From a plasmid, in sequence record NZ_CP081674.1: a stretch of DNA of 64,000 nt. One strand, 5' to 3'. The notes beneath the pieces were generated by a model, which was not told the origin of the DNA, did not search any database, and worked only from the letters and a program-made list of their open reading frames with translations. Positions 19,309 through 29,490 of the stretch are shown here, one piece after another; the stretch's first letter is position 1; each line of letters opens with the position of its first letter. The translations under genes were made by a program, and so were the position numbers.

Positions 19309-20094
19309 TCACTCCTCACCAGTCGCCAAGGCAACCCGAGCGATTTCGAGAATCAACATCGCTGATGGTGGTAGACCGAAGGTGGACCTGAAGGTACGGC
19401 TGAGATGGGCAGAATCGCTGAACCCCGCGTCAGCCGCGGCTCGCGTCAGGTCGTGTCCGTCGGCCACGCATTCGACGGCACGCAGCAGGCGCAGCCACAG
19501 TGCGTAGCGCCGGAACGGAATACCGACCTCGCGGGTGAACAGGTGGGTGAGCCGGGACGACGAGACCGCCGCTCGGGCCGCGGCCTCGACAAGCGTCGGG
19601 GAGTTCGAGAGTTCCTGGTCGAGGTAGGTCAGGGCCCGTTGAACGCGCGGGGAAATCTCGGGCAGCTTGTCGGGCGTCGCGTCAAGTTTCTCCAGGATGC
19701 TGTCGACCAGGTGCACAACGTCAATGTCGGGGTCGGCCAGATCGAGGTGGGCGAGCGTGAGACCGAGTTCCTGTCCCTGAAGGTCGTCGGCCCAGGAGTC
19801 GAGGAGATGGCCGGTCTCGCTGTGGGGGTCCAGCCAGATCACGAGGGCCGGTCCCTCGATGTCGACCGCATGCTCGGTGTCCCGAGGAATGATCGCCGAC
19901 CAGAGTCGGCGGGTCGTCTCACCCAGCGACAGGGTGATCTCCCCGTCGAGCGCGACGACGAGCTGTACCGCATGATGCGAGTGCGATGAGGATGTGCTCC
20001 CGTTCCCGGCGTACACGATCATCCGCTTGTCCGGCAGGAGCCACAACCGGCCGTACCACTGCTCGGCTGGTGCTCGGTCGTCCGTCTCGATCAT
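19309..20094 (-). CDS. AraC-family transcriptional regulator (cupin N-domain plus HTH)
   Basis: The C-terminal AraC HTH is LTHLFTREVGIPFRRYALWLRLLRAVE...AHLSRTFRSTFGLPP. Confidence 0.7.
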   Translation of the reverse strand: MIETDDRAPAEQWYGRLWLLPDKRMIVYAGNGSTSSSHSHHAVQLVVALDGEITLSLGETTRRLWSAIIPRDTEHAVDIEGPALVIWLDPHSETGHLLDSWADDLQGQELGLTLAHLDLADPDIDVVHLVDSILEKLDATPDKLPEISPRVQRALTYLDQELSNSPTLVEAAARAAVSSSRLTHLFTREVGIPFRRYALWLRLLRAVECVADGHDLTRAAADAGFSDSAHLSRTFRSTFGLPPSAMLILEIARVALATGEE

Positions 20095-20582
20095 TGCGGC
20101 ACCGGTGCGTTGAGGAGACGATGCACGGCGCCGAGACCGCGCACGTCGCCACGCATGGCGTGTTCAGCGGCGTCGATGATGGCCAGCTCGTGCTTCACCA
20201 CGTAGTCGAAGAAGGCCTGCTCGGGCGTGCCGGCGTAGTGGTGGGCGAGGCGCTTAAAGGCAGGAAGGTAGCGACCGGTGCCCTGCCGAAGCAGTCGCCA
20301 GCTGAGCGCGTCCGGCAGCATTCTGACGCCCAGACCAGCCGTTGTCCCGGCTGCGGTGGCCAGCTTCTGGGTGGGTGCCAGGTCGACGGCGGTGCGGGAC
20401 AGAAACGCCTGGACTCCGTCGTTGGTGCGCACCTCTAGTTCTGTCAGGGCTCTCCAGGCGTCGCGGTGCGCGTCGCTCGACGCGTGCTTGGCAGCCGTGC
20501 CGAAGAAGGCCATGCCGAGCGTCTCGGACTCGACCAGGCGGTGCAGGTCGCGACGAATCGGGGCGGGAACACTTACGGTCAC
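20091..20582 (-). CDS. hypothetical protein
   Basis: The 163-aa ORF is coupled by ATGA to the AraC gene. No motif was recognised. Confidence 0.35.
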   Translation of the reverse strand: MTVSVPAPIRRDLHRLVESETLGMAFFGTAAKHASSDAHRDAWRALTELEVRTNDGVQAFLSRTAVDLAPTQKLATAAGTTAGLGVRMLPDALSWRLLRQGTGRYLPAFKRLAHHYAGTPEQAFFDYVVKHELAIIDAAEHAMRGDVRGLGAVHRLLNAPVPQ

Positions 20583-21007
20583 GATAGGTCCTCACTCGGT
20601 CGGGCGTGGTCCGCGGTCAATGCGCGATTCGCTTCGCTTTCATCCTCACGCATCGACGTCAGTGTCGGCTTGAAGAATCCGGTCGCCGAACGGTCCCGAG
20701 GTGGAATGCCGCTCCTGCAGCCTCCGCCCACACCCGGCCCAGCCACAGGCGTCGGATTGCTCCGCTGCCGAATCGAATCACGAACCGAAAGGCGCCGAAC
20801 AACCGCCGGGTGGCGCTACTGGCCACCGAGTTCGATCATTGATCCGTCGACCAACGTGTGGTTCAGAGTCCGCCCCGACGTCGCGATCGTGGATTGGTAG
20901 GACGGCGACGCGGACACCGCGGAACCCTAAGTTCCCGCGCAGCGACCAAGCCCGACAGCCCCGCGCCCACCACGAAGACATCGCATTCTTTCTGGGCGGG
21001 CACCGGG

Positions 21008-21925
21008 TCACCGATCCTGCGCAGTGGACGACTCCATATGCTCGGGAGGGAACGTGATTTCCTCGGGCGCGCAGGAACCCTCTGGCCGGAATGGGTACGC
21101 CATCTGGGGCAGGTAGGCCGAGGGGTAGTCGGGATGTGCCGCCATGCCGAGGTCGTCGGTCGTGAAGACTCGAGACGCGTCATACGAGTACGTCCGATAT
21201 AGGTGGTCCCACACGAGGGTGAAGAGTCCGAAGTTCACATCGCCGATGCCGGCCCACTTCAAGTGATGGAACCGGTGTCCCTCGTTGAGCGCCAGGATCG
21301 AGCGCAGTGGCCCCACCCGGTAGTCGGCGTTCGAATGCTGGAGCAGAAGCTGGACGGCCACGCAGAACGCCAACGCAGTGGCGACACCGAGTGGCATGCC
21401 GAGCAAGAGCAAGGGAGCCACGCCCACCGACGTTTCAAGCGTTTGGTGCAGGGGGTGCTTCATGAAGCCGTTGAACCCGTAGAAGCGCTTCACGCTGTGG
21501 TGGACGGCATGGAAGCGCCACAGCACACCGATCTTGTGGCTCGCGAGATGCACGGTGGTGATGCCGAAGTCGGCCACAATGATCGCGCCCAGCAATTGGA
21601 GGACGAACGGCCAGCCGTTCGGCCACCAGCCCGCTCCCGGGATGAGGACCGTGAGCACCGGAACCGCAGCGACGCTGACCAAAGCCAGCGATTCGTTGAC
21701 GAACGCATGCAGGGCGTCGCGCAGCGAGTCGCCCTCCAGATCTCGATTCCACACGTCGTCATACGGGATGAGTCGCTCGGCTGCGAAGGAGAGCCCCACA
21801 GCAACGGCCAATAGCGCCAAGAGCCAGATCTTGTGCGTGCCCTGGGTGACGAGCCAGACGGCAAGGCCGTTGATGCCGAGCAGCATGAGGGGGATGTACC
21901 CGTAGCGGGTGGCGACTTTGATCAT
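21008..21925 (-). CDS. fatty-acid hydroxylase / sterol desaturase family membrane protein
   Basis: It has histidine boxes HKIGVLWRFHAVHHS and HRFHH in a multi-TM protein. The start is set at MIKVATRY because the upstream 174 codons of the ORF look non-coding. Confidence 0.6.
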   Translation of the reverse strand: MIKVATRYGYIPLMLLGINGLAVWLVTQGTHKIWLLALLAVAVGLSFAAERLIPYDDVWNRDLEGDSLRDALHAFVNESLALVSVAAVPVLTVLIPGAGWWPNGWPFVLQLLGAIIVADFGITTVHLASHKIGVLWRFHAVHHSVKRFYGFNGFMKHPLHQTLETSVGVAPLLLLGMPLGVATALAFCVAVQLLLQHSNADYRVGPLRSILALNEGHRFHHLKWAGIGDVNFGLFTLVWDHLYRTYSYDASRVFTTDDLGMAAHPDYPSAYLPQMAYPFRPEGSCAPEEITFPPEHMESSTAQDR

Positions 21926-22859
21926 GCGTCGATGGTGGTGGTCGGTGTAGGTAGCGCGCTTGAACTCATCTGCTCTTCCCGTTCCGGCCGTGACTCTTGG
22001 CCGAAGAAGTGGGTGACGCATTCGTTGAACTCGTCGGGCGCCTCGATCATCGGCACATGGCCAACGCTGGGTATGAGGTGGACGTTCTCCACGGCACGGT
22101 TGGATGCCACCAAGAGGTGCACGTCGTCCAGCGGGCAGATGGTGTCGCGCTCGCCGTGGATCACGAGGATGGGCTGACGCACACCTGCCAGCGCTGGCTG
22201 AGGGTCGTACCCGAACCACTTCCGCAAGGTCGGCCACGCCCCCGGTGCTCCGGCGCCATCGAGCATCCCGGTCATATCCTCGATACTGAGGGCGGCCGGA
22301 CGGAACACGTAGGCCCGCAGTGCGAGCCACCGCGCCGACGACATGGCAAGGATGAGACGGCGCGCCAACCAGGGTGGTCGCAACACGGCAGTGAGAGCCT
22401 CCACGAGGAAGGTGGCCACCTGGGGGTTGCGTGACAAGATGCGCCACGGGTGGCGGGACAGTCCGAGCACCGAGGTGACCGGACTGTCACTTAGCACGAG
22501 TCGGTCAACCCGGCCGGGGTAGTGGGTCGCCAGTTCGCAGGCCAGCAGCGTTCCCATCGAGTGGCCCACGAGATCGCACTGGGCGATGTCCATGGGATCG
22601 AGGAACGCGACGATGTTCGCGAGCTGCTCACCCGGTCCATGTGAGATCGGGTTCTCCGGCTTTCCGAAGCCAGGCAGGTCGAGAGCAATCATCCAATGGG
22701 TTGTGGCGAGCGCCGGAATCGTGTGCTGATCCACACCTTCCACGACGACGCGAAGCCGTGGATCAGCACGCACGTGCGCTCGCCGTCGCCTGCCTCGACG
22801 TAGGCGATGCGTCGCCCGTTGACTTCCAGGTCACGGCACTGGAGAGGTGGCTCACCCAT
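21922..22859 (-). pseudogene. alpha/beta hydrolase, apparently frameshifted
   Basis: An N-terminal piece MGEPPLQCRDLEVNGRRIAYVEAGDGERTCVLIHGFASSWKV starts at 22859 in one frame. The body (ORF 21922-22773, with the GHSMG nucleophile elbow) is in another frame. The shift lies near 22740-22775. It is paralogous to the adjacent intact hydrolase. Confidence 0.45.
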
Positions 22860-23733
22860 GGCTGGTCTTGAGCTCGGAGTAGATCTTGCTCAGGGCCGCG
22901 GTCAGCCCACCGGTGTCCTCGAGCATCGCCATGTGGCCGGTGTCGAGCACGTGCTGGTCAGCCAGGCGCGGCCCGAACGACTCCAGATCCACGCGGGGCG
23001 CGATGCGGTCGGCTGCGCCATTGATCGCGTAGAGCGGGGGGAAGGCAGAAGCATCGATGTCGTCCCAGGCGCCAAGTCGGCCGAGGGCTCGGGCGGTGGG
23101 TAGAGCGCCAGGGGCTCCGGCACCGCTCATCAACATCAGGGCGGTGTCCGGGTCTAGCGTCGCGGGAAACTGCACGAACGGCCACAGTGTCAGGGCTCGA
23201 CCGAGGCGGGACTTGGCAAGTACCTTCGTGAGGGCCTGAGGAAGGCGCGTGGCGACCGAGATCAGTTCGATCACCGTGGTGAAGGCGGTCATGGGGGCGA
23301 CTCGCCAGGGTCGAAGGCGCCCTCCGAGGGTCGCCGTGAAGTTCTGGACCGTGCCGCACAGCAGTACGACTCCATGCACTCGCCCGGCGTCGGCCGCGGC
23401 ATAGCGCAGGCCAATGGGGCCCCCCATGGAATGGCCGACGAAGAGCACCTCACCGACCTGTGCATGGTCGAGGACGGCGTTGACCGAGTCGACGAGGTCG
23501 TTGATGGTGACGGCACCGCGAATCGGGGTGCTGGTCCCGAACCCCGGCAGATCGAGTGCGATCACTCGCGAGGAGGTCCACTGCTCCATCAGAGCCGCGA
23601 AGTGCTCGCGGCTTCCGCCCAACCCATGAACGAGCACAAGAACGAGTCCACCGGTGTCGCCAGCGTGAGGTTGATCGCTGTATTCGACCCAGCCGTCACG
23701 CCACGGTGCTCGGTGATGGATGGCGATATTCAT
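22852..23733 (-). CDS. alpha/beta hydrolase
   Basis: It has LVLVLVHGLGGS (HG motif) and VGHSMGGPIG (nucleophile elbow). The ORF extends to 23781. Confidence 0.65.
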   Translation of the reverse strand: MNIAIHHRAPWRDGWVEYSDQPHAGDTGGLVLVLVHGLGGSREHFAALMEQWTSSRVIALDLPGFGTSTPIRGAVTINDLVDSVNAVLDHAQVGEVLFVGHSMGGPIGLRYAAADAGRVHGVVLLCGTVQNFTATLGGRLRPWRVAPMTAFTTVIELISVATRLPQALTKVLAKSRLGRALTLWPFVQFPATLDPDTALMLMSGAGAPGALPTARALGRLGAWDDIDASAFPPLYAINGAADRIAPRVDLESFGPRLADQHVLDTGHMAMLEDTGGLTAALSKIYSELKTSHG

Positions 23734-24387
23734 ATCTACGAGTGTGGTCAGCCAGGACCGTGGCTGGCTTGAACGTTGCACGTATACGACGGCGTCAGTG
23801 GGAGTGAGCTTCCCCTGTGGTGGCCGTGACCCAGGCGGTGTTGAACAACACCATCATGCCCAAGGGCCGACTCGCCGGTGACGTCGACTCCAACCCTCAA
23901 TTGGAGTTCAATGGCGCCTTCACGGCCAAGAATCTGGGTGCCTTGGTGCCGGCGGACATGAAAACTGCCCGCTGGCGGACATGAAAATGCCCATTCGCGG
24001 CCAATAGTCAGCATCTAGGCGTAAGTCAGCGGCGGCTGCAAAGAGCTGTCGGTGCTTGGTCCGCAGGAGGCTGTCCGAGGCTAGGTCGGCGTACACATGC
24101 CGCCTGCCGTTCGGACTGCCGGTTTTGCACTGCCACCACTTCGCCTACTTCCACGACACGTTGAAGCGCTCGGCCGCTCGGGCCGGCGGCCAGCCGCGAT
24201 CGACGAAGAGACGCGCCCGCCGCAGGCGGTGGCACGGAGTAAGCGCAGCGTTTGCGTGGGACACGCATGCCGCCTAAGTGCGGACCGAGGCGCAGCGATA
24301 CCGCCGCCGATCCGGATTGAGGAACGCAGGCTTGACGACCCATCGCTGCCAATGCAACCATACAGACAGTATGTATTGATAGGAGTT

Positions 24388-24903
24388 ATGATGACCAAGA
24401 CAGTTCAATCACCCGACAAGCGATCGGCGACTGTGCCCGATGCAGAGCGATTCGCGGCGGATGCGGAGCGCATGACCAACGGCGTGCTGCTCGATGAGTG
24501 GCTGATGATCTACCGCGATGACGCGGTGGCGGAATGGATAGCTGATGGCGTCATCCAGCGGCATGTGGGGATCGATGAGATCAGCCGAGCGGCGCGGGTG
24601 CTGGCGGGAGTCTGGCGTGACGAGAATCTGCGGGTAACCAAGACCGTGGAGGCCGTCACCTCCGACACCATCGTGTTGACGTGGAATGGCGGCTTTCGAG
24701 ACGGAAACAAGCAGTTCGGCACCGAGTTCTGGACGTTCGCCGACGACGGCAAGGTGATCAACCACCGGATGTACGCGTACCTGGACCTGCGGCCGCAGAA
24801 CTCGCTCAAGAGCTACATCCGCCTGCTTGTCACGTCTCCGCGGGTGGCGCTCAGTTTCACGCGCCATCGGGGTCTCACAAAGGGCCGAGGAGGCGCGGCA
24901 TGA
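24388..24903 (+). CDS. SnoaL-like / NTF2-like domain protein
   Basis: An AGGAG RBS lies 7 nt upstream of ATGATG. The 172-aa product is of NTF2-like type. It is the first gene of a six-gene operon. Confidence 0.5.
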   Translation: MMTKTVQSPDKRSATVPDAERFAADAERMTNGVLLDEWLMIYRDDAVAEWIADGVIQRHVGIDEISRAARVLAGVWRDENLRVTKTVEAVTSDTIVLTWNGGFRDGNKQFGTEFWTFADDGKVINHRMYAYLDLRPQNSLKSYIRLLVTSPRVALSFTRHRGLTKGRGGAA

Positions 24904-25265
24904 ACCGATTCTCCGCGGTGGGCGTGGCCTACTACGCGGGCCTGGGCGTCATCGCGCTCGTGCGCCCTTCTGTGCCGCCCGGGATGTTCGGAGGACGAGC
25001 CGACACGACGGACGCTCAAGTGGAGGTCCGGGCCGTATACGGCGGTCTTCCCTTGGCATTCGCGGGTCTCCTGGCGGCATCACCGGCAGCTGCCCCCGCC
25101 GTAGCAGTTGCGACCGCAGGCATGGCCGTCGTCCGGGCCGGTGGCTGGCTGGCCGAAGGTCGAAGAGTGACCAGCATCACCAAGCTGGCGCTCGCGGCCG
25201 AGGTCGCTGTCGCGGCCGCAATAGCCGCAGGAATGCGCGGCACCACGGCCCGAGCCGGCGGGTGA
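24900..25265 (+). CDS. small membrane protein (DUF4345-like)
   Basis: It makes an ATGA overlap with the upstream gene. The product is hydrophobic, 122 aa. Confidence 0.45.
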   Translation: MNRFSAVGVAYYAGLGVIALVRPSVPPGMFGGRADTTDAQVEVRAVYGGLPLAFAGLLAASPAAAPAVAVATAGMAVVRAGGWLAEGRRVTSITKLALAAEVAVAAAIAAGMRGTTARAGG

Positions 25266-25270
25266 CTGCG

Positions 25271-25717
25271 GTGACCACGTTCTCGGAGCGCCCCAGCGGC
25301 GTGGCGCTGCGTGCGGTCGCCACGTGCTTGCTCACCGTCCTCGGTGCGTACTTCGTCATTCAGGGCGCCCTGATGACGATCGCGCCGCCGTGGTTCTTCG
25401 AATACGTCGGCCCGTACGGCGAAGCGAACAGCCACTACATCAGGGACAACGGCGCGATGTCGCTGGCGATCGGCATCGGCGCCCTGTTGACCATCGTTCG
25501 TCCGCAGGCCCGTCAGTTGATGCTGATCGTCATCACCGTGCAGTTCTGGCTCCACACCGTGAGCCACCTCATCGATGTGGGAAACGCCGAGCCGTACCTC
25601 TATGGACCGGTCGAGCTGGTCCTGCTCGTCCTGACAGCGATCGCCCTCGCGGCGGTCAGTGCGCTGTATCCGCGCAGCTTCCAACCGAGCAACGCAAGCA
25701 TTGAGCAAGGAGTGTGA
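25271..25717 (+). CDS. small integral membrane protein
   Basis: A GTG start follows the upstream stop. The product has 4 predicted TM segments. Confidence 0.45.
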   Translation: MTTFSERPSGVALRAVATCLLTVLGAYFVIQGALMTIAPPWFFEYVGPYGEANSHYIRDNGAMSLAIGIGALLTIVRPQARQLMLIVITVQFWLHTVSHLIDVGNAEPYLYGPVELVLLVLTAIALAAVSALYPRSFQPSNASIEQGV

Positions 25718-27117
25718 CCGTGATGAGGGAGAACTGTGATGTCGTGGTCGTCGGCGCCGGCATCTCGGGCCTGGTGGCAGCCAAGCGGCTGACCGACTCC
25801 GGCCTCGACGCCGTCGTCCTTGAGGCCAGAGACAGGGTGGGCGGCCGAACGCTGAACCACGTCCTGGCGACCGGGGATGTCGTTGAGCTAGGCGGGCAGT
25901 GGATCGGCCCCGGCCAAGACCACATCCACGCCTTGGTGCAGGAGCTGGGTCTGGAGACCTTCCCGACCTACGACTCCGGACAACGCATCCTCGAAACACC
26001 GGAGCGTCTGAGCAAGTACCGGGGCCTGATCCCGCACGTGAGCCCCGCCGCGTTGGTCGACGTCGGACTGGCTCAACGGCGCCTGACCAAAATGTCGCGT
26101 GAAGTATCGCCGCACGCACCCTGGGACTCACCGCGCGCCGAGGAGTGGGACTCGCAAACGGTGTGGTCATGGATGCAGGCCACCATGCGTACAGCACGCG
26201 GCCGGGAGCTGCTGCAGCTCGCCATTCGGGTCGTGTATGCCTTCGAGCCGGCAGACACCTCGTTGTTGCACCTGCTCACGCTCATCCACGCCGCGGGAAG
26301 CCTGGAGATCGCTGCGCGGACCAGCGGGGGTGCCCAACAGGACCGGATCGTCGGCGGTTCGCAGCGCGTCTCGCAGCTGCTCGCCGACGGCCTCGGCGGT
26401 CGGATACGACTCCAATCGCCCGTGCGCCGCATCGAGCACCGGCACGACACCGTCACCGTCTTCACCGACACCGACGAGTTCCATGCCCGCTCGGTGATCG
26501 TGGCGTTGCCGCCAACGCTGACCGGACGCATCGAGTTCGACCCGCCGCTTCCGGGCATCCGAGACCAACTGACCCAGCGGATGCCGCAAGGCACCGCGCT
26601 CAAGTGCATGGCCGTCTATGACCGCCCCTGGTGGCGCGAACAGGGGCTCAGCGGGCAGACCGTCAGCCTGGTCGGACCCGTGAGCGCAACGTTCGACAAC
26701 TCGCCGCCCACCACGACCCGAAGTGACGGTCCCGGCGTACTGCTGGGATTCGTCGAGGCTCGCCATGCCCGCATGCTCGGACAACTGTCCGAACACGAAC
26801 GTCGGCACGCCGTCATCACCTGCTTCGAGCGCGTGCTCGGTGATCAGGCCGGTGGCTTCACCGCCTACGTCGAGAGCGACTGGACCGAGGACCCGTGGAC
26901 GCGAGGCTGCTACATGGGCTACCTCACACCGGGTGGCCTCACCTCCCACGGCCCATCGCTGCGCCGGCCGATCGGCAGAATCCACTGGGCGGGCGCCGAG
27001 ACGGCAACCCGCTGGATCGGATTCATGGACGGCGCCGTGAGTGCCGGCGAACGCGCGGCCAACGACGTTCGCCGCTGCCTCCAGCGGGAAGACCTCAAGG
27101 CAGAGGCGGTCTCATGA
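25714..27117 (+). CDS. flavin-containing amine oxidase (MAO-like)
   Basis: It has the FAD dinucleotide-binding motif VVVVGAGISGLVAAKRLTDSGLDAVVLEARDRVGGR. Confidence 0.75.
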   Translation: MTVMRENCDVVVVGAGISGLVAAKRLTDSGLDAVVLEARDRVGGRTLNHVLATGDVVELGGQWIGPGQDHIHALVQELGLETFPTYDSGQRILETPERLSKYRGLIPHVSPAALVDVGLAQRRLTKMSREVSPHAPWDSPRAEEWDSQTVWSWMQATMRTARGRELLQLAIRVVYAFEPADTSLLHLLTLIHAAGSLEIAARTSGGAQQDRIVGGSQRVSQLLADGLGGRIRLQSPVRRIEHRHDTVTVFTDTDEFHARSVIVALPPTLTGRIEFDPPLPGIRDQLTQRMPQGTALKCMAVYDRPWWREQGLSGQTVSLVGPVSATFDNSPPTTTRSDGPGVLLGFVEARHARMLGQLSEHERRHAVITCFERVLGDQAGGFTAYVESDWTEDPWTRGCYMGYLTPGGLTSHGPSLRRPIGRIHWAGAETATRWIGFMDGAVSAGERAANDVRRCLQREDLKAEAVS

Positions 27118-27512
27118 TCGTCCACGGCGCTGTGATCTTGCTGATTGGTCTCGTGGCCGGCCTGCCTTACGGGCAGTCGATCCGCACCGGTGTCTCAGAA
27201 CCTCGCCAACGAGCCTGGTCCGCCGCGCACACCGGCCTGACCGGCACCGGGGTCATGCTCATCGCCCTCGGCGCTGTAGCGCGTGGTTGGGGCATGGACG
27301 GGCAACTTGGTCATGCCACCACCTTGAGCCTGATCGCCTCTGGATACGGCTTCGTCTTCGCAATGGTCCTCGCCGCGTGCACGGGAAAACGAGGCCTGAC
27401 CGCGGCCATGCCGATCGCGAACCTCGCTGTCGCAGCCGGTTACGTGTTCAGCGTGACGACCGTCCTCATCGGTGCTGGCGGATTCCTCGTTCTAGCCTGG
27501 GAGAACACGTGA
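27114..27512 (+). CDS. small integral membrane protein
   Basis: It makes an ATGA overlap with the amine oxidase stop. The product is hydrophobic, 132 aa. Confidence 0.45.
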   Translation: MIVHGAVILLIGLVAGLPYGQSIRTGVSEPRQRAWSAAHTGLTGTGVMLIALGAVARGWGMDGQLGHATTLSLIASGYGFVFAMVLAACTGKRGLTAAMPIANLAVAAGYVFSVTTVLIGAGGFLVLAWENT

Positions 27513-27913
27513 CCATCGTCACCGAGTACGGCATCGTGCCCACGCTGCTGCTGGTGGGCGTTGCCTTGATCAACCTGGCGCCCGGTGCGGCATGCTTTCT
27601 GCCTGCGCCACGCTTGGCCTCTGCTTACGGACTCTCTGACCTGTCACAAGCTGACCGCGACCTGGTGTCGCTGCTCCGGCATCGGGCCGTGATGCTCGGC
27701 ATCGTCGGCGGCGTCCTGCTGGCCGCGGTCGTGCTCGGCGCCGAACTGCTGCTGCCCATGGCGGCCGCTGCGGTGAGCATGATCAGCTTCGTGCTGTTGG
27801 TGTTGCCGATATCCGATCTGCATGTTCGATTGCGTCGGGTGGCTGCGGTCGACCTCGTGGGAATCTTCATGCTGGGCGTCGCCGTGATCATGATGGCCTT
27901 CGCCGGTGGTTGA
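27509..27913 (+). CDS. small integral membrane protein
   Basis: A GTG start overlaps the previous stop. The product is hydrophobic, 134 aa. Confidence 0.4.
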   Translation: MTIVTEYGIVPTLLLVGVALINLAPGAACFLPAPRLASAYGLSDLSQADRDLVSLLRHRAVMLGIVGGVLLAAVVLGAELLLPMAAAAVSMISFVLLVLPISDLHVRLRRVAAVDLVGIFMLGVAVIMMAFAGG

Positions 27914-27955
27914 TGTTGCCGGTCGCTCGGGCGCTAGAGTCCTCGTGGAGGTTTC

Positions 27956-28561
27956 GTGACTGAGATGGCCCAGGAAGACCGACGTGCTCGACGCAGCGCA
28001 GAGACACGGCGGGCGCTTGTTGCAGCCGCTCGGAACCTGTTCGTCGAGCGCGGCTATACGGCTGTCTCCACCGGCGACATCGCCGATGCTGCGGGAGTGA
28101 CCCGCAACTCGATCTACTACCACTTCCCCAACAAGGAGTCGATCTTCCGCGCAGTTTACGAGGACGTCGAGGCCGAGCTTGCGAGTCGTGTGATTCCCGC
28201 AGCGCTTGCGGAACCAACCGCTCAGCGTCAGATCGAGGTGGCCTGCAAGGTGTTCCTCGACGGGTGCCTCGACCCGGCGGTAGCACGCGTGAGCGTCCTG
28301 GAGGCTCCCGGCGTCCTCGGCTTCGAGCAGATGCGCGAGATCGACAACGACAACTACCTCGGTGTCCTCCGCCAAGGCATCCGAGCCGCCATCGCATCCG
28401 GCGAAGTCGTAGCGCTGCCCGCCGACACACTCGCATCGATGCTGATCGGCGCACTCGACGAGGCGGCCCTCCTGATCGCCACCGCGACGGACCGCGACCA
28501 AGCACGTAAGGACGCCGGCAACGTGGCGCGCGCGCTCATCAACGGCTTGTTCACTGCCTGA
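27956..28561 (+). CDS. TetR-family transcriptional regulator
   Basis: The HTH is ETRRALVAAARNLFVERGYTAVSTGDIADAAGVTRNSIYYHFPNKESIF. Confidence 0.75.
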   Translation: MTEMAQEDRRARRSAETRRALVAAARNLFVERGYTAVSTGDIADAAGVTRNSIYYHFPNKESIFRAVYEDVEAELASRVIPAALAEPTAQRQIEVACKVFLDGCLDPAVARVSVLEAPGVLGFEQMREIDNDNYLGVLRQGIRAAIASGEVVALPADTLASMLIGALDEAALLIATATDRDQARKDAGNVARALINGLFTA

Positions 28562-28589
28562 GCTCAATAGCCAGCCAGCCGACAAGGGC

Positions 28590-29040
28590 GTGTCTGACAG
28601 TTGTTTCAGGTGTAGCGCCTGAAACTTGAGGGATGTCGCGGTTCCAGTTGCTTTCGGATGTTCAGTGGTCGTTGATCGAGGATCTGTTGCCGGCGCGGAC
28701 GGGCAAGAAGGGCAGGCCTTTTCGCGATGCGCACGCCGCCGGCGCCTGGGATGTCGTGCTGGCGCGGTTGCTAGCCGCCGCCGAGGAGGCCGGGATCATC
28801 GACTGGGCCGTAACGGTGGACTCCACCATCGCCTGCGTCCGTCAGCACGCCACGAACAGCACCCGTGACACACAGGGGGGCTGTGCCGAATTACACGAAT
28901 CTGCGCATCGAGCTGCCTGACCATGGCTTTGGCCGTTCCCGTGGCGGTTTGACCAGCAAGATTCATCACCTCGTCGACGGCCGCGGGCGGCCCTTGGTGG
29001 TGCTCCTCGGCGCCGGAGTCGCCGAGGCCAAAGAAGTGCT
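28590..29040 (+). mobile_element. degenerate IS5-family (IS427/IS1031-group-like) insertion sequence remnant
   Basis: An orfA-like N-terminus MSRFQLLSDVQWSLIEDLLP...GRPFRD is present. It has an internal deletion before WDVVLARLLAAA. An orfB-like fragment GGLTSKIHHLVDGRGRPLVVLL lies in the -1 frame. The element is truncated at about 29040. A palindrome GTTTCAGG-n7-CCTGAAAC lies upstream at 28603-28625. Confidence 0.5.
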
Positions 29041-29077
29041 TAGCTCTCCGGCTCTACCAAGGCGCGGATCGTTGACC

Positions 29078-29367
29078 CCCGCCTGCCGGGTGATCAGGCG
29101 CCTGCCAGAGTTCTGAGCCAAGCGCTGTGTGGTGTCGCCGACCGTGTTTCCCCGCGGCCGCCGTCCGGGCGCGGTCATGCGATGCGCTCGGTGCGATGCT
29201 CGGTCGCCCACGATTGAGCGATGTGGGTGGTCAACTCGACGGCGTGCTGCACGGTGGTCCAGTTGACGTTGGCGACGGTGTCAGATGGACGGTGCAGGTT
29301 GCTGATCCAGCCGTCCTCAACAGACAGTAGCGATATCGTCGGTAGCCCTGCCACAGTCATGACGGCG
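29078..29367. repeat. segmental duplication of 16191-16483 (3' ends of the enoyl-CoA hydratase and M28 peptidase genes)
   Basis: A near-identical copy of about 290 bp, with a few mismatches, was seen directly in the sequence. The ORF fragments 28966-29211(-) and 29175-29447(-) repeat MGDRASHRAHRMTAPGRRPRGN and VMTVAGLPTISLLSVEDGWISNLHRPSDTV. Confidence 0.85.
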
Positions 29368-29490
29368 GGGAACGGGCCGTTCGCACGATGGCTGCGCTCC
29401 ACGAGGCCGCCACCACTGCGGTCCGTAGCGGCTGTGCCCGAGGGCAAACACCGTCACATCTCAGACCGGCACCACCAGATCCAACCCCTT

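Noticed and set aside
21926-22447. N-terminal 174 codons of the long ORF 21008-22447
   Set aside because: They carry no hydrophobic or His-box features and are Arg/Pro-rich. The desaturase-like domain starts at MIKVATRY. The upstream part overlaps the frameshifted hydrolase.
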